A stretch of 64,000 bases of DNA, from assembly GCA_963666285.1 (NCBI GenBank), contig OY762711.1; one strand, given 5' to 3'. A program made the translations under genes and the position numbers. Below are positions 40,962 to 53,299 of this stretch, piece by piece. Positions within the stretch are counted from its first letter, which is position 1; each line of letters opens with the position of its first letter. This DNA comes from Sedimentisphaerales bacterium (GTDB lineage: Bacteria > Planctomycetota > Phycisphaerae > Sedimentisphaerales > SM23-30). Under the pieces are notes generated by a model. The model searched no databases. It was not told where the DNA came from and was given only the letters and a program-made list of their open reading frames with translations.

Positions 40962-41957
40962 ATGTCTATGCGAATAGCAGTCGATGCCATGGGAGGCGAT
41001 AATGCACCTGCAGCTATTGTTGAAGGTGCGTTAGATACTTTAGACTTCATTAGCGATGATGATCATATCATCCTGATTGGCGATGAACAGCAAGTGCTCC
41101 AACACTTGGGCGATGAATCAGTCTGGAAAGACAAGATTTCTGTTGTTCATGCGCCTGAAGCTATTGAAATGCATGAATCTCCTGTTGACTCTCTGCGAAA
41201 AAAGAAAAAAAGCTCTATCTCAATTATGGCTAAAATGGCCAAAGATGGAGAAACCGATATTGTACTCAGTGCAGGAAATACCGGTGCTTGTGTCGCTGCA
41301 TGCCAAATGCGAATGCGTTTGATCAATTCTGTACAACGTCCTGGTATTATGGTGACTTTTCCAACCCTTGCAGGTCCGATTATAATTTGTGATGTTGGCG
41401 CTAATGTTGCTCCTAAACCATCACACCTATATCAATATGGACAAATGTGTGATGTATATGCACGGGAAGCATTTGGAAATGCCAATCCTACTCTGGGGCT
41501 GATTAATATTGGCGAAGAAGAGTCAAAAGGTACAGGGCTGGCTAAAGAAGTTAATAAAATGTTCAAAGCCGACAGCACTCTCAATTTTATCGGAAATGTT
41601 GAACCTAGAGAACTGCTAAACAAACCTGCCGATATTTTGATTTGTGATGGTTTCGCCGGCAATATTATCCTTAAGCTCACTGAAGGTATTGCTGAAGCAG
41701 TTTTTAAATTTATTGGTAATGAAGTTGCCCAGCAAAAACCTGAATTGCTTACACAATTTGCCCCAATTGTTGAACAAATATATAAAAAGCATGATTATAA
41801 TGAATATGGTGGAGCTCCCCTGCTTGGAATCGATGGTACTTGCATCATCTGTCATGGAAACAGCGACAAAAAAGCTATTAAAAGTGCCATACTCGCAGCT
41901 CTTAAACATAGTAAATTAGATATAAATAAAAAAATTGCAGCTAAATTAGCTGAATAA
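40962..41957 (+). CDS. plsX: Phosphate acyltransferase PlsX
   Basis: RIAVDAMGGDNAP, SAGNTGA, NIGEEESKG, YGGAPLLG. Confidence 0.96.
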   Translation: MSMRIAVDAMGGDNAPAAIVEGALDTLDFISDDDHIILIGDEQQVLQHLGDESVWKDKISVVHAPEAIEMHESPVDSLRKKKKSSISIMAKMAKDGETDIVLSAGNTGACVAACQMRMRLINSVQRPGIMVTFPTLAGPIIICDVGANVAPKPSHLYQYGQMCDVYAREAFGNANPTLGLINIGEEESKGTGLAKEVNKMFKADSTLNFIGNVEPRELLNKPADILICDGFAGNIILKLTEGIAEAVFKFIGNEVAQQKPELLTQFAPIVEQIYKKHDYNEYGGAPLLGIDGTCIICHGNSDKKAIKSAILAALKHSKLDINKKIAAKLAE

Positions 41958-41981
41958 TCTTTACCCTTCCCAGGATACAAA

Positions 41982-43007
41982 ATGCAAAAAGAATTTCGTG
42001 GAAATTTTTTCAGCAATGACCGCAGAGCTGTTATTGCTGGTACCGGCTCCTTCGTGCCGCCAGGTATTATGACAAACAATGACCTGGAAAAAATAGTTGA
42101 TACTTCTGATGAATGGATAACGACAAGGACCGGTATCAAAGAAAGACATATTGTTGAACCTGGTAAAGAAACTGCTGCATCAATTGGTATCGGAGCTGCC
42201 AAACTGGCTTTGGAAGCAGCCAATTGTTCTGCTGATGAAATCGATTATATTGTTTGCTCTACTATAACTCCTGAAGTTCAGTATCCGGCAACTGCCTGTT
42301 TTATACAGGAAGGTATTGGCAACACACACGCATGTGCTTTTGATATTACAGCTACTTGTAGTGGTTTTGTTTATGCCAATAACATCGCTGCTTCGTTTAT
42401 CAGTGCCGGCCAGGCAAAAAAAGTTCTGGTAGTTGGCACTGAAACCATGTCTACTTCGATGAATTGGAAAGATAGAAACACCTGCGTTCTTTTTGGTGAC
42501 GGTGCTGGTGCTGTCGTACTTGAACTTGAAGAAAACTCTGAAAGAGGACTTATATACAATAATGTTCATGCTGACGGAAGACAATGGGAAACTATAGTTT
42601 GCCCAGGCCCTGGCAGCAAATTCCCTATCGAAAGCATATTAAAGGGTGAACAACAAAGGGTATATACAGAATTAAATGGAAGAGAAACTTATAAACAGGC
42701 TGTTAGCACAATTGTTGATACAATAACTAATTCACTTGAACAGACTAAACTTGATGTCAAAGATATCAAAATGATGATTCCTCATCAGATGAATGCCAGA
42801 ATAATTGAAGCTGTAATGAAAAGAGTTGACTTCAAGGAAGAACAGGTATTTATTAATATCGAAAAATACGGCAATACTTCTTCTGCCTCTATCCCTATTG
42901 CTCTTGACGAAGCAGTAAGAAGCGGTAAACTGGAGAAAAACGATCTTGTCTTGCTGATCGCCTTTGGATCCGGATTTACTTGGGGTTCCAATCTCTTCAG
43001 ACTCTAA
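41982..43007 (+). CDS. fabH: 3-oxoacyl-ACP synthase III
   Basis: DTSDEWITTRTGI, ATCSGF, PHQMN, YGNTSSAS, FGSGFTWG. Confidence 0.96.
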   Translation: MQKEFRGNFFSNDRRAVIAGTGSFVPPGIMTNNDLEKIVDTSDEWITTRTGIKERHIVEPGKETAASIGIGAAKLALEAANCSADEIDYIVCSTITPEVQYPATACFIQEGIGNTHACAFDITATCSGFVYANNIAASFISAGQAKKVLVVGTETMSTSMNWKDRNTCVLFGDGAGAVVLELEENSERGLIYNNVHADGRQWETIVCPGPGSKFPIESILKGEQQRVYTELNGRETYKQAVSTIVDTITNSLEQTKLDVKDIKMMIPHQMNARIIEAVMKRVDFKEEQVFINIEKYGNTSSASIPIALDEAVRSGKLEKNDLVLLIAFGSGFTWGSNLFRL

Positions 43008-43089
43008 AATCATATGATGATTATTGACCTGTTTGTTTTAATGGTCAATATAGAAGTGAATATTTTAATATTAAGAAAGGATCTTTGAC

Positions 43090-44034
43090 TTGAAAACACT
43101 ATTTATGTTTCCTGGTCAGGGTGCTCAAGTCCAGGGTATGGGCAAAGAGTTGGCTGATGAAATAAATGAGGTTAAAGAGCTATACAGTAAAGCTTCCGAT
43201 ATTTTAGGGTATGACCTGGCAAGTCTTTGTTTTGATGGCCCTCAAGATAAACTCAATTTGACTGAACTCGCTCAGCCTGCTATTTTTGTTACTAGCATCG
43301 CTCACCTGATCGCACTGCGGATGGGTAAATTATCTGAAGAACTCAAAGATATTGTCCCAGATGGTTATGCCGGGTTAAGCCTTGGTGAATATACCGCCCT
43401 TCACGTATCAGAAGCAATAAATTTTGAAGATGCTCTTAAACTCGTTCAGCTTCGCGGAAAAGGTATGCAGCAGGCCGCTGAACAATCTAAAGGTACCATG
43501 GTTTCAATTCTTGGCCTTGATGAAGCGAAGGTTGCCGAGCTTTGTAATAAAGTTCTTTCCGAAAGTATTACCGAAGAATCAGGTGATACTATTATTAGTG
43601 GTGTAAATTTCAATTGTCCCGGCCAGATAGTGGTTAGCGGATCAATTAAAGCCTGTCAAAGAGCTGCTGAACTCGCTGCTGATTTCGGTGCAATGAAAGC
43701 GGTACCGCTTGCTGTTGCCGGTGCTTTCCATACTGATATGATGGCACCTGCCGCTGAAATGCTGTCCTCAGCAATAGATAATTGCGATCTGAAAGATCCG
43801 GCTAAACCCGTTTTCTCAAATGTTGATACGCAGGTATATTCCGGAGCTGACGAAATTAAAGATAAACTGTTAAAACAATTAGTTGGTCCTGTTAAATGGC
43901 AGCACACAATCGAGAACCTGCTTAATGATGGTTATGAGAGATTTGTGGAAATCGGCCCTGGAAAAGTTCTTACCGGACTGGTTAAGAAAATTTCACGTGG
44001 CTCAAAAGTTAAAGCCGAAATTATTAAACTATAA
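43090..44034 (+). CDS. fabD: Malonyl-CoA:ACP transacylase
   Basis: FPGQGAQ, GLSLGEY, AGAFHT, EIGPGKVL; TTG start with SD AAAGGA. Confidence 0.96.
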   Translation: MKTLFMFPGQGAQVQGMGKELADEINEVKELYSKASDILGYDLASLCFDGPQDKLNLTELAQPAIFVTSIAHLIALRMGKLSEELKDIVPDGYAGLSLGEYTALHVSEAINFEDALKLVQLRGKGMQQAAEQSKGTMVSILGLDEAKVAELCNKVLSESITEESGDTIISGVNFNCPGQIVVSGSIKACQRAAELAADFGAMKAVPLAVAGAFHTDMMAPAAEMLSSAIDNCDLKDPAKPVFSNVDTQVYSGADEIKDKLLKQLVGPVKWQHTIENLLNDGYERFVEIGPGKVLTGLVKKISRGSKVKAEIIKL

Positions 44035-44049
44035 ATAGGAAATTATACT

Positions 44050-44790
44050 ATGTCTGATAAAAAATTAGCTATCGTAACTGGTGGTACTCGTGGTATCGGA
44101 AAAGCAATCTGCTTTGCTTTGGAAAAAAATGGGTTCAAAGTTATTGCTATTGGTAGAAGCGAAAAAACTACCGCTGATATGGACCAGATAGCTCAACAGA
44201 ACCAACTTGATATCACATCTCTACAGCTTGATGTTTCAGATGTTAACGCTGTAAATGAAGCATTTGAAAAGCTTGCAGAAGAAAATGATGGTATCGCAGT
44301 CCTGGTAAACAATGCTGGTATCACACGCGACAATCTGCTTATGGGCATGACAGATGAAGAATGGGACCAGGTTATCGATACAAATCTGAAGAGCGTATTT
44401 GCAACAATGCGTGCAGCCTATAGACCAATGATGAAAAAACGTTGGGGACGCATTATTAATATCGCCAGTGTTAGCGGTGTCGTTGGTAATGCCGGACAGG
44501 CAAACTATGCTGCCAGTAAAGCCGGCATGGTTGGTATGACCAAATCTGTTGCCAGGGAACTTGCTAAACGCGGCGTAACTGCAAACTGTATAGCACCCGG
44601 TTTTATCGCGACAGACATGACAAATGTTCTGTCTGATGCAATTAAAAAAGCTGCTTCAGAAACAATACCTATGAAAAAGTTTGGTAACCCTGAAGATATA
44701 GCTGCTGCCGTTGCCTTTCTTGCCTCTGACGAAGCTGGATATATAACCGGTCAGACTTTATGTGTTGACGGCGGCATGACAATGTGCTAA
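44050..44790 (+). CDS. fabG: 3-oxoacyl-ACP reductase
   Basis: TGGTRGIG, NNAGITRD, YAASK; fab operon context. Confidence 0.95.
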   Translation: MSDKKLAIVTGGTRGIGKAICFALEKNGFKVIAIGRSEKTTADMDQIAQQNQLDITSLQLDVSDVNAVNEAFEKLAEENDGIAVLVNNAGITRDNLLMGMTDEEWDQVIDTNLKSVFATMRAAYRPMMKKRWGRIINIASVSGVVGNAGQANYAASKAGMVGMTKSVARELAKRGVTANCIAPGFIATDMTNVLSDAIKKAASETIPMKKFGNPEDIAAAVAFLASDEAGYITGQTLCVDGGMTMC

Positions 44791-45077
44791 GTTCCTTATA
44801 CTTACTTTTTTAAGCGAATCTTGTATAAGTTAATGAAATTTTTACCTTCTTAATTATATCAGATGTAAAGATTTGTCTATAAAGACTTTATATACTAAGA
44901 AATTACGCTATTTTTTACCAAATACAAGCAAAAAAGCTTGAATTTCGTCGCCCTTATGGTTATATTAGGCCGTTTCCTGAATAGGGCTGAAAATGTGAAG
45001 GCGGATACGGTTCCGTCAGAATTATAAAAGATAAGAATTAAATTTTAATCCAAATAAAAAATGCAAGGAGTTTTGCA

Positions 45078-45320
45078 GTGACACCAGAAGAAATCGAAGC
45101 TAAGGTAAAATCGATCGTAGCTGAACAAATGAATGTTGATGAAGCTGAAATTAATCTGGAAACATCATTTGTTAACGACCTGAACGCTGACAGTCTTGAC
45201 ACAGTTGAGCTTGTTATGGAATTTGAAGATGCTTTCGATCTTAGCATTCCTGATGAAGAAGCTGAAAAGATTCAGACAGTTGGACAAGCTATTGATCATA
45301 TTTCAAAAGCGAAAAGTTAA
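45078..45320 (+). CDS. acpP: Acyl carrier protein
   Basis: [14 protein letters not shown] phosphopantetheine site; GTG start with SD AAGGAG. Confidence 0.97.
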   Translation: MTPEEIEAKVKSIVAEQMNVDEAEINLETSFVNDLNADSLDTVELVMEFEDAFDLSIPDEEAEKIQTVGQAIDHISKAKS

Positions 45321-45456
45321 TCTTTTTTAATGATAGAAATATCAATGCCTTTGTAGCTAAATTGTCTGCAGAGGCATTGTTTTAATTTCAACATTTGCTT
45401 ACTAATTGGTCGGCAAATATTGTTTAATTAATTACATTATTTAAGGGACCTCTGAT

Positions 45457-46698
45457 ATGACCAGAAGGCGAGCAGTCATAACCGGATTAGGCATAATATC
45501 CAATATTGGCGAAGATGTAAATCTATTCTGGAATAATCTGTTAGCTGGCAAAAGCGGAATATCGCCTCTTGAAGGAATCGATATTGATGCCTACCCTACC
45601 AAAATTGGTGGACAGGTTAAAACTTTTGACCCTGACAATTATATTAACCCAAGAGAATCGAAACGAATTGACCGTTTTGCTCAATTTGCTGTTGCTGCTT
45701 CTATGAAAGCTGTTGCTGACAGCGGATTGGAATTTGATAAAATCAATACTGAACGTTGCGGTTGTATCATTGGTAGTGGTATAGGCGGACTTGGCGAGAT
45801 CGAACGTGAGCATGTTAAAATGCTTGACAAAGGACCTCGACGTGTCAGTCCGTTTTGTGTTCCCAAACTTATGGCAAACGCTGCCAGTGGTAATGTCGCT
45901 ATTAACTTTGGCCTTAAAGGGTCAAACTATGCCGTTATTACTGCCTGTGCTGCTGCTACTCACTCAATAGGTGATGCTCTCAGACAGATTCAATTTGGCT
46001 ATGACGATGTAGTTATTGCTGGCGGTGCTGAAGCTGCTGTAACGAATCTCGGCCTGGCTAGTTTCTGTGCACTGAAAGCTCTCAGCACAAGAAATGATGA
46101 GCCCGAAAGAGCTTCCAGGCCTTTCGATATCGAACGCGGCGGTTTTGTTATGAGTGAAGGTGCCGGAATTTTAGTACTTGAAGAATACGAACATGCTAAA
46201 GCTCGCGGAGCAAATATCTATGCTGAACTGGTAGGCTTTGGCATGACTTGTGATGCTAATCATATTACTGCCCCATGCGAAGATGGCAATGGCGCTGCTC
46301 GTGCCATTTCTGGAGCTCTCAGAGACGCTGGTATTAACCCTGAACAGGTGGATTATATAAACGCTCATGGTACAGGCACGCAACTGAATGACAAGGCTGA
46401 AACAATGGCTGTAAAAGCTGCTCTTGGCGAAGATTGTGCCAGAAAAGTTTCAATAAGCAGCATTAAGAGTCATGTCGGTCATTCGCTTGGAGCCAGCGGT
46501 GGTTTGGAAGCTGTTGCTACTGCTCTGGCAATCAAGAATGGTATTATTCCTCAAACAATTAATCTGGAAAATCCTGATCCTGACTGCGACCTTGACTATA
46601 CACCGCTTACTCCAAAAGAAAAAGAAATCAAATTTGCATTGAGTAATTCGTTTGGTTTTGGTGGCCATAATGCTTCTATTGCATTAGCAAAAATATAA
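45457..46698 (+). CDS. fabF: 3-oxoacyl-ACP synthase II
   Basis: TACAAA, INAHGTGT, KSHVGHSLG, NSFGFGGHN. Confidence 0.97.
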   Translation: MTRRRAVITGLGIISNIGEDVNLFWNNLLAGKSGISPLEGIDIDAYPTKIGGQVKTFDPDNYINPRESKRIDRFAQFAVAASMKAVADSGLEFDKINTERCGCIIGSGIGGLGEIEREHVKMLDKGPRRVSPFCVPKLMANAASGNVAINFGLKGSNYAVITACAAATHSIGDALRQIQFGYDDVVIAGGAEAAVTNLGLASFCALKALSTRNDEPERASRPFDIERGGFVMSEGAGILVLEEYEHAKARGANIYAELVGFGMTCDANHITAPCEDGNGAARAISGALRDAGINPEQVDYINAHGTGTQLNDKAETMAVKAALGEDCARKVSISSIKSHVGHSLGASGGLEAVATALAIKNGIIPQTINLENPDPDCDLDYTPLTPKEKEIKFALSNSFGFGGHNASIALAKI

Positions 46699-46723
46699 GA
46701 TATAATAACAGCTTAAATTGCTC

Positions 46724-46808
46724 GCCCAGGTGGCGGAATTGGTAGACGCGCCAGCTTGAGGGGCTGGTGGGAGTTATTCTCGTGCTGGTTCGAATCCAGT
46801 CCTGGGCA
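46724..46808 (+). tRNA. tRNA-Leu(GAG)
   Basis: GCCCAGG/CCTGGGC acceptor stem, anticodon arm CCAGC-TTGAGGG-GCTGG, long variable arm, GGTTCGAATCC; CCA not encoded. Confidence 0.96.
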
Positions 46809-46829
46809 ATTAAGCTTGTAAAAAGCAGG

Positions 46830-46859
46830 AAAGCCTGACACTAATGTCAGGCTTTTTTT
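46830..46859 (+). terminator. Rho-independent terminator after tRNA-Leu
   Basis: AAAGCCTGACA-ctaa-TGTCAGGCTTT followed by a T-run. Confidence 0.85.
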
Positions 46860-46910
46860 ATTAATCTGCACTTATCTCATAACATACATTATTTGAAACC
46901 CACCTAAAAA

Positions 46911-46942
46911 AACACCTGGCATAGAAACCTATACCAGGCGTT
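46911..46942 (-). terminator. Rho-independent terminator of the TrpB-like gene
   Basis: AAC(A)CCTGG..ATAG / CTAT..CCAGG(C)GTT hairpin next to an A-run (U-run on the minus strand). Confidence 0.65.
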
Positions 46943-47009
46943 TAATCTTTTTCAAATGTCAGTAACCTTCAAGTAACCTTAACTGACAAACGATAGTAAC
47001 AGATGCCTG

Positions 47010-48401
47010 CTACCATTTGCCGGTTTTAGCATCACTTGGTTTTGGATAACCTTTCATTACTTCCACAGATTTATCTAGGTCTTCCTGTGGTAATGGATGA
47101 TCTGCAAGGTTTCCTTCAAAATAGTTATGATAACCTGTCAGGTCCATCAGGCCATGCCCGCTCAAACAGAACAGAATGTTCTTTTCTTTGCCCTCTTCTT
47201 TAGCCTTCTTAGCTTCACGAATAGTCGCGGCAATCGCATGACTTGTTTCAGGAGCAACAATCAAACCCTCGGTCCGAGCCCACATTACTGCTGCTTCATA
47301 GCATTCTAACTGGTTTAACGCAAGTGGATTCAACAATCCTTCTGCTGCTGCCTGTGATACCAGTGGTGCCATGCCGTGATAGCGTAAACCTCCGGCATGA
47401 ATTGGAGGTGGTACAAACCTGTGACCCAGAGAATACATTGGCAGCAATGGAGTCAAGCCTGCCAAATCTCCGTGATCATAGCTAAATGGTGCTCTTGTCA
47501 AGGTTGGACATGATGAAGGCTCAACCGGTATTATTTCAATATCTGCTCCATTAATTTTATCTGCCACAAATGGGAACGCCAAACCGGCAAAATTACTTCC
47601 GCCGCCGGCACATCCTATTACAACATCAACCTTCTCTTCTCCGATCATTGCCAGCTGTTTTTTCGCTTCAAGACCTATGATTGTCTGATGCAACATAACA
47701 TGATTCAAAACACTCCCCAGTGCATAGCGTGTCTGGCCGCTCTCATCTGTTACTGCTGCCTCGACTGCTTCACTAATGGCTATACCAAGCGAACCTGGAG
47801 TATTTGGCATCTCCTCCAAAACCTGACGACCACAATTAGTTTCAGGAGATGGACTTGGTATACAATTACCTCCCCAGGCTTCCATCATCAACCGACGGAA
47901 AGGTTTCTGGTCAAAACTGATACGTACCATAAATACTTTACATTCCAGACCGCCAACCATTGAACATGCAAAGCTCAAAGCACTGCCCCACTGACCGGCA
48001 CCTGTCTCTGTCGTCAGTTTTTTAATTCCAAACTGCTTATTATACCAGGCCTGCGGAACTGCGGTATTCGGCTTATGTGAGCCCGCCGGACTGACAGATT
48101 CATCTTTATAGTAAATCTTAGCCGGTGTACCCAACGCCTTTTCCAAGGCATACGCACGCTTCAGAGGTGCCGGACGCCACTTATACAGTATCTGGATTAT
48201 CTCATCCGGAATATCAATCCAACGTTCGGTACTTACTTCCTGCTCAATCAAATTCATAGGAAATACCGGTGCCAACGCCTCTGGACTTATTGGCTTGCCA
48301 TCAGGCCCCAAAGGTGGCTGCAGCGGCGTAGGTAAATCAGCCGCTAAATTATACCATTGACGTGGAATATCTTTTTCATCAAGGAAAATCTTCATCGACA
48401 T
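47010..48401 (-). CDS. trpB: TrpB2-type tryptophan synthase beta-like PLP enzyme
   Basis: [11 protein letters not shown] (PLP lysine), [25 protein letters not shown]; stand-alone, no trpA. Confidence 0.92.
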   Translation of the reverse strand: MSMKIFLDEKDIPRQWYNLAADLPTPLQPPLGPDGKPISPEALAPVFPMNLIEQEVSTERWIDIPDEIIQILYKWRPAPLKRAYALEKALGTPAKIYYKDESVSPAGSHKPNTAVPQAWYNKQFGIKKLTTETGAGQWGSALSFACSMVGGLECKVFMVRISFDQKPFRRLMMEAWGGNCIPSPSPETNCGRQVLEEMPNTPGSLGIAISEAVEAAVTDESGQTRYALGSVLNHVMLHQTIIGLEAKKQLAMIGEEKVDVVIGCAGGGSNFAGLAFPFVADKINGADIEIIPVEPSSCPTLTRAPFSYDHGDLAGLTPLLPMYSLGHRFVPPPIHAGGLRYHGMAPLVSQAAAEGLLNPLALNQLECYEAAVMWARTEGLIVAPETSHAIAATIREAKKAKEEGKEKNILFCLSGHGLMDLTGYHNYFEGNLADHPLPQEDLDKSVEVMKGYPKPSDAKTGKW

Positions 48402-48852
48402 ACTAACAACTCCTTTATTAACAGATACTTAAAATAGCTTTAATATTATCAGTACAAAATTATTAATATTATTCTGATATTGCAGACATAAAAACACATA
48501 ATTATTACATACAGATAAATTAAGTTAACATTTATTCAGGTATAAGTCAAGCTTAATAATAATCTTATCTATAATGACCTTTTGACTATTATTTTCACAA
48601 TATTAAAGCTATTGTCTTCATTTGCATAAGATGGAGATGATTTCCAGCACAATATAATAAAAAACATTGGAATACCCCAAAACTGTCGTATAAAATTCCG
48701 ATTTACTTTCGTTTTGAACTTGACCAAATTAACATTATGGAAAAAGCTCAGTTTTATTACTGAACTTTATAAAGACAAAAAGCAATGAAACTTGAGGGTA
48801 CTTCTGTTATGAGGTACCCTTAAATTTCCTGGAATAAACCAAACCGGTTTAA

Positions 48853-50364
48853 TTAAAAATTCCATGCTTTTATTGGAGACGGTACTCGAAGCTTACTAAT
48901 ATCTAACATGCGTTTGATGATTTCAGGATTATCTTTGGCTACATCTTTTGTTTCACCTATATCACTGCTTAAATCGAAGAGCTTAAATGGAGTATCAGGT
49001 TTCTTTTTCAGATTATTTCTATACCCCTTCCACTTTCCAATACGCACTGCTTGCTGATTACCATACTCCCAGTAAAGGTAGTCATGCTGCACTTGCTTTT
49101 CGTCTTGTCCTAATAATGTTGGTAAAAAACTGATTCCATCTGTATCTGCGGATGCCTTTGCACCGGTAATATCTGCCAGCGTGGCCATCACATCCCACTG
49201 CCCCGATATCAGGTCACTTGTAGTACCTGGCTTGATTCTGCCCGGCCAGGACGCGATCATAGGTGCTCGAATACCACCTTCCTTCAAAGAACATTTTAAG
49301 CCATTGAACGGGCCATTGCTTTCAAAATATTCGGAATCTGTTCCGCCATTGAAAGTCGGTCCATTATCACTGCTAAAAATAATAATTGTATTTTCAGCTA
49401 CCCCCAGCTCTTTTAGCAGTTTCATCATCCGGCCAATCTCACTATCCATTCTCGTAACCATCGCTGCATAAGTGGCACGCGGTGTCTGATTCGGCAAATA
49501 ACCTTTATCTCCAAGGTAAGGCTTATCTTCAAACGCATCCTTATACTGTTCAAGGGAATCTTCCGGAACCTGAAGCGAAACATGCGGAACAGGAGTAGCC
49601 CAGTATAAGAAAAATGGCTCATTCTTATTTTCCTTTAGCCAGGTCATGACTTCATTCGCCATTTTATCTGGTGCGTAATCATTCCCCCTGTATTTTTCAT
49701 ATGATTTAGATTCATTCGGATCCTTATCTTTTGGCAGCTTCTCATGAGGGAAATAGTATTCATTTTTCAATGGAACTTTCTTACCATTACGCCACAAATG
49801 ATCCGGATAATAATTATGGGCCTCTCTTTGGCAAATATACCCATAAAAATGATCAAAGCCCTGTTTGTTTGGATCACCGGTTGAACCATACCAGCCAAGC
49901 CCCCATTTACCCACACAGCATGTCTTATAACCAACCTTTTGTAACATATGCCCTATTGTATATGTATCTTCCAGCAAAGGCCGCTGACCTTCCAGGCTGC
50001 GATCATGCCAGGTGTCGCCCCGTTCACTCATCTCATCATTACCGCGAATATAGGCATGGCCGGAGTGTTTTCCTGTCAACAACATACAACGTGTTGGAGC
50101 ACAAACCGCACTTCCGGAGTAATGCTGAGTAAACTTCATACCATTTGCGGCAAGCTGATCTATAAAAGGCGTCTTTATCTTTTTCTGACCATAACAGCCT
50201 ACCTCTGCATATCCCAGATCATCAGCTAGAATATAAATAATATTAGGCTTCTGAACCTTTTGCTTCCCAGCTGAGCTAATATTCGAACATCCTGGAACTA
50301 AAACGCTTGCTGCAGACAAACCGGCTGCTTTGAGAAAATTTCTTCGATTAAAACACTTGTTCAT
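48853..50364 (-). CDS. Tat-exported formylglycine-dependent sulfatase (S1)
   Basis: RRNFLK Tat motif; PNIIYILADDLG, CAPTR..LLTG, GKWGL, SSDNG. Confidence 0.93.
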   Translation of the reverse strand: MNKCFNRRNFLKAAGLSAASVLVPGCSNISSAGKQKVQKPNIIYILADDLGYAEVGCYGQKKIKTPFIDQLAANGMKFTQHYSGSAVCAPTRCMLLTGKHSGHAYIRGNDEMSERGDTWHDRSLEGQRPLLEDTYTIGHMLQKVGYKTCCVGKWGLGWYGSTGDPNKQGFDHFYGYICQREAHNYYPDHLWRNGKKVPLKNEYYFPHEKLPKDKDPNESKSYEKYRGNDYAPDKMANEVMTWLKENKNEPFFLYWATPVPHVSLQVPEDSLEQYKDAFEDKPYLGDKGYLPNQTPRATYAAMVTRMDSEIGRMMKLLKELGVAENTIIIFSSDNGPTFNGGTDSEYFESNGPFNGLKCSLKEGGIRAPMIASWPGRIKPGTTSDLISGQWDVMATLADITGAKASADTDGISFLPTLLGQDEKQVQHDYLYWEYGNQQAVRIGKWKGYRNNLKKKPDTPFKLFDLSSDIGETKDVAKDNPEIIKRMLDISKLRVPSPIKAWNF

Positions 50365-50812
50365 AATTGTCACACTTTGCTAATTATTACATCTGCCGCC
50401 TGAGCAACTGACAGAAATTATTAATGAACGGCAGAGTTGCCGTATGTCTTTATTAATTCTTATAATCTCACAATTTGAATCAATAATAATAAAATATATC
50501 ACAGATTAAATACTTATGAAATAGACAGTTGTAATGCCGCAATGGATATTTGTAATTATTACTGTCAAATTCTCCCAAAAACAATGTTTTTTGAGACTAA
50601 AAGAGAAGTAGTGTATGCAAAGCACTCTACACAAGTTTTTGAATACGATCAGAAATGACATGAATTGCTTTATAGCAATATTTTATAAAACCAAAGATAT
50701 GAGAAAGTCTGTTCAAAAAAAAGAAATTACTGCTTGTAATTTTTTACATATCAAAATACAGTCACTCAATCGGACCAAAAATCCGGACTGAGTGACTATA
50801 TTTCAATTCGAT

Positions 50813-52477
50813 CTACCATTTTAATACAGCACCGGTATCTGCAGAACTCGCCATAGAGGCAAACTTACCAAGAACACCATGATTTATTCGTGGCTCTGGA
50901 GCCTTCCATTCTTTACGGCGGGCTTCAAGCTCTTCATCTGAGAGCTTAACATTAAGAGAACTCGTCGCAATATCATATTCAATTATATCGCCATCACGTA
51001 ATAAACCTATGGTACCTCCTGATGCAGCCTCAGGACTGATATGACCAATACAGGCACCACGGGTACCGCCGCTGAAACGACCGTCAGTAATGAGGGCAAC
51101 TGATTCACCAAGCCCGGCACCCATTATATAACTTGTAGGACTCAGCATCTCCTGCATACCAGGACCGCCGCGAGGACCTTCATAGCGAATTACAACTACA
51201 TCACCGGCTTTAACCTTACCGGCCAGAATACCTTCACAAGCTTCTTCCTGGCTGTCAAATATAACTGCCGGGCCGCTATGGCTGTGCATTGCCGGCAACA
51301 CACCCGCTGTCTTTACTACCGATCCGTTTGGTGCTAGATTGCCTTTCAATATAGCAAGACCGCCTGTCTTGGAATATGCATTTTCGAGATTTCTGATACA
51401 TTGCTCATCTTTAATATCAGCATCAGCGATATTCTCACCGACCGTCTTTCCAGTTACTGTAATACAATCTGTATTGAGCAGACCAGTCTTAGAAACCTCT
51501 TTAAGTATTGCACTTATACCACCGGCTTTGTCTACATCTTCCATATGATAATGACTCGAAGGTGAGACCTTACAAATATTAGGACATTTTGCCGAAACTG
51601 CCGCCATCTCATCCAGAGTATAATCCACCCCGGCTTCATTTGCCACAGCAAGTGTATGCAGTACTGTATTTGTTGAACCGCCCATCGCCATATCCAGAAT
51701 CATGGCATTGTCAAATGATTTACGATTTACTATATCAAGCGGCCTGATATTTTCTTTTACCAGCTCCACAATTCTACGGCCGGCTTTTTCCCACAATTCT
51801 TTACGTCTTGGATCTACCGCAGGTATGGTTCCATTACCTGGCAACGCCATGCCAATACCTTCGCAAAGACAATTCATACTATTTGCCGTAAACATACCGG
51901 AACAGCTGCCGCAACCGGGACAACCTGCCTTCTCCAGTTCATCCAGGCCTTCATCTGTAAGAGTGCCGCTATTGTATTTTGCCACTCCTTCGAAAATGCT
52001 AATAAGGTCAACAGCAGAACCATCTCTCTTGCTACCGGCCAGCATAGGCCCGCCTGATGCAAATATAGTCGGTATATTAACACGCATAGCCGCCATTAGC
52101 ATTCCAGGTACTATCTTATCACAGTTCGGGATACAGATTACACCGTCAAAACAGTGAGCTCTTAGCATTGTCTCAACCGAATCTGCTACTACTTCCCGGC
52201 TTGCCAGCGAATATTTCATACCGGTATGACCCATTGCAACGCCATCACAAACAGCAATGGAATTAAATTCAAATGGAACACCGCCGGCTGCTCGAATTGC
52301 TGCTTTCACAATCTGGCCAACCAGCTGAAGATGAACATGTCCTGGAACAATATCTACATAACTATTAGAAACACCTATAAACGGCTTGCCAAAATCTTCA
52401 TCTTTTACACCACATGCTCTCAGTAAACCACGATGAGGCGCACGCTGAAAGCCTTTTTTAACTGTATCAGAATTCAT
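50813..52477 (-). CDS. ilvD: Dihydroxy-acid dehydratase
   Basis: [40 protein letters not shown]-supported ATG at 52477. Confidence 0.97.
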   Translation of the reverse strand: MNSDTVKKGFQRAPHRGLLRACGVKDEDFGKPFIGVSNSYVDIVPGHVHLQLVGQIVKAAIRAAGGVPFEFNSIAVCDGVAMGHTGMKYSLASREVVADSVETMLRAHCFDGVICIPNCDKIVPGMLMAAMRVNIPTIFASGGPMLAGSKRDGSAVDLISIFEGVAKYNSGTLTDEGLDELEKAGCPGCGSCSGMFTANSMNCLCEGIGMALPGNGTIPAVDPRRKELWEKAGRRIVELVKENIRPLDIVNRKSFDNAMILDMAMGGSTNTVLHTLAVANEAGVDYTLDEMAAVSAKCPNICKVSPSSHYHMEDVDKAGGISAILKEVSKTGLLNTDCITVTGKTVGENIADADIKDEQCIRNLENAYSKTGGLAILKGNLAPNGSVVKTAGVLPAMHSHSGPAVIFDSQEEACEGILAGKVKAGDVVVIRYEGPRGGPGMQEMLSPTSYIMGAGLGESVALITDGRFSGGTRGACIGHISPEAASGGTIGLLRDGDIIEYDIATSSLNVKLSDEELEARRKEWKAPEPRINHGVLGKFASMASSADTGAVLKW

Positions 52478-52551
52478 AAAGCTCTCCTTCATATGTCAAT
52501 CAAGCAGCTATGGCTCAATAATAAAATTTTTCAATAGACCATACTGCAAAC

Positions 52552-53106
52552 TTACAGTTTATGCAGTATCTCTAATATTCTCTCGAGGATAATGTCTGGC
52601 TCACTCATGCGGCCTTCCCCTTCTTCTTCACAAGCTAACCTTCCGCTGTCCGGGCCAATGAAGTAATAACCGGCATCACATAGAATCTCAACATTTCGCT
52701 GGGTAATAGGATTATTCCACATACGTTTATTCATGGCTGGAGCAATAAGGACATCGCAATTCAAGGCACAAATTGTTGTTGTCAGCAAATCATCACAGAT
52801 ACCATGTGCCAGTTTTGCCAGGACATTAGCTGTCGCAGGCGCGACAATAGCCAGACGTGTTCGCATGCTAATTTCAATATGTTTGGAATCCCAGACATCA
52901 TTTGCTTCCCACATATTCGAAAATACCTTGTTACCGGAAAGTGTACTAAATGTAAGCGGACTCACAAATTTCTTTGCATTTTCTGTCATTATTGTTGTTA
53001 CATTAGCGCCATGTCTGGTAAGGTTAGATGACAAAACCGCAGATTTGTACGCTGCTATTCCACCACTAACCCCTAATAATATCTCGCAATCTTGTAATGC
53101 TTTCAT
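52552..53106 (-). CDS. coaC: Phosphopantothenoylcysteine decarboxylase (flavoprotein half of CoaBC only)
   Basis: GVSGGIAAYK, APATAN, APAMN, LACEEEGEGRM; ends before the CoaB domain. Confidence 0.9.
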   Translation of the reverse strand: MKALQDCEILLGVSGGIAAYKSAVLSSNLTRHGANVTTIMTENAKKFVSPLTFSTLSGNKVFSNMWEANDVWDSKHIEISMRTRLAIVAPATANVLAKLAHGICDDLLTTTICALNCDVLIAPAMNKRMWNNPITQRNVEILCDAGYYFIGPDSGRLACEEEGEGRMSEPDIILERILEILHKL

Positions 53107-53299
53107 AAAATCGCCTCACCCGGATAAACCGGAAAATAAATTCTCATTTTACCTGGGCAGGGTATACCTTTTCGCCAGGACTCACCATTTTCATTATCAA
53201 TTACCAAAACCATAAATACATATCAACATGCAGAAATAAGCATTTCCTGTTTATACATTCAGCAATGCTTTAGCATTCAATATTTGTTAAGTTCTGGTA

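Noticed and set aside
52552..53106. Truncated coaBC pseudogene
   Set aside because: Intact decarboxylase motifs and a clean stop; separate coaC/coaB genes are a known arrangement
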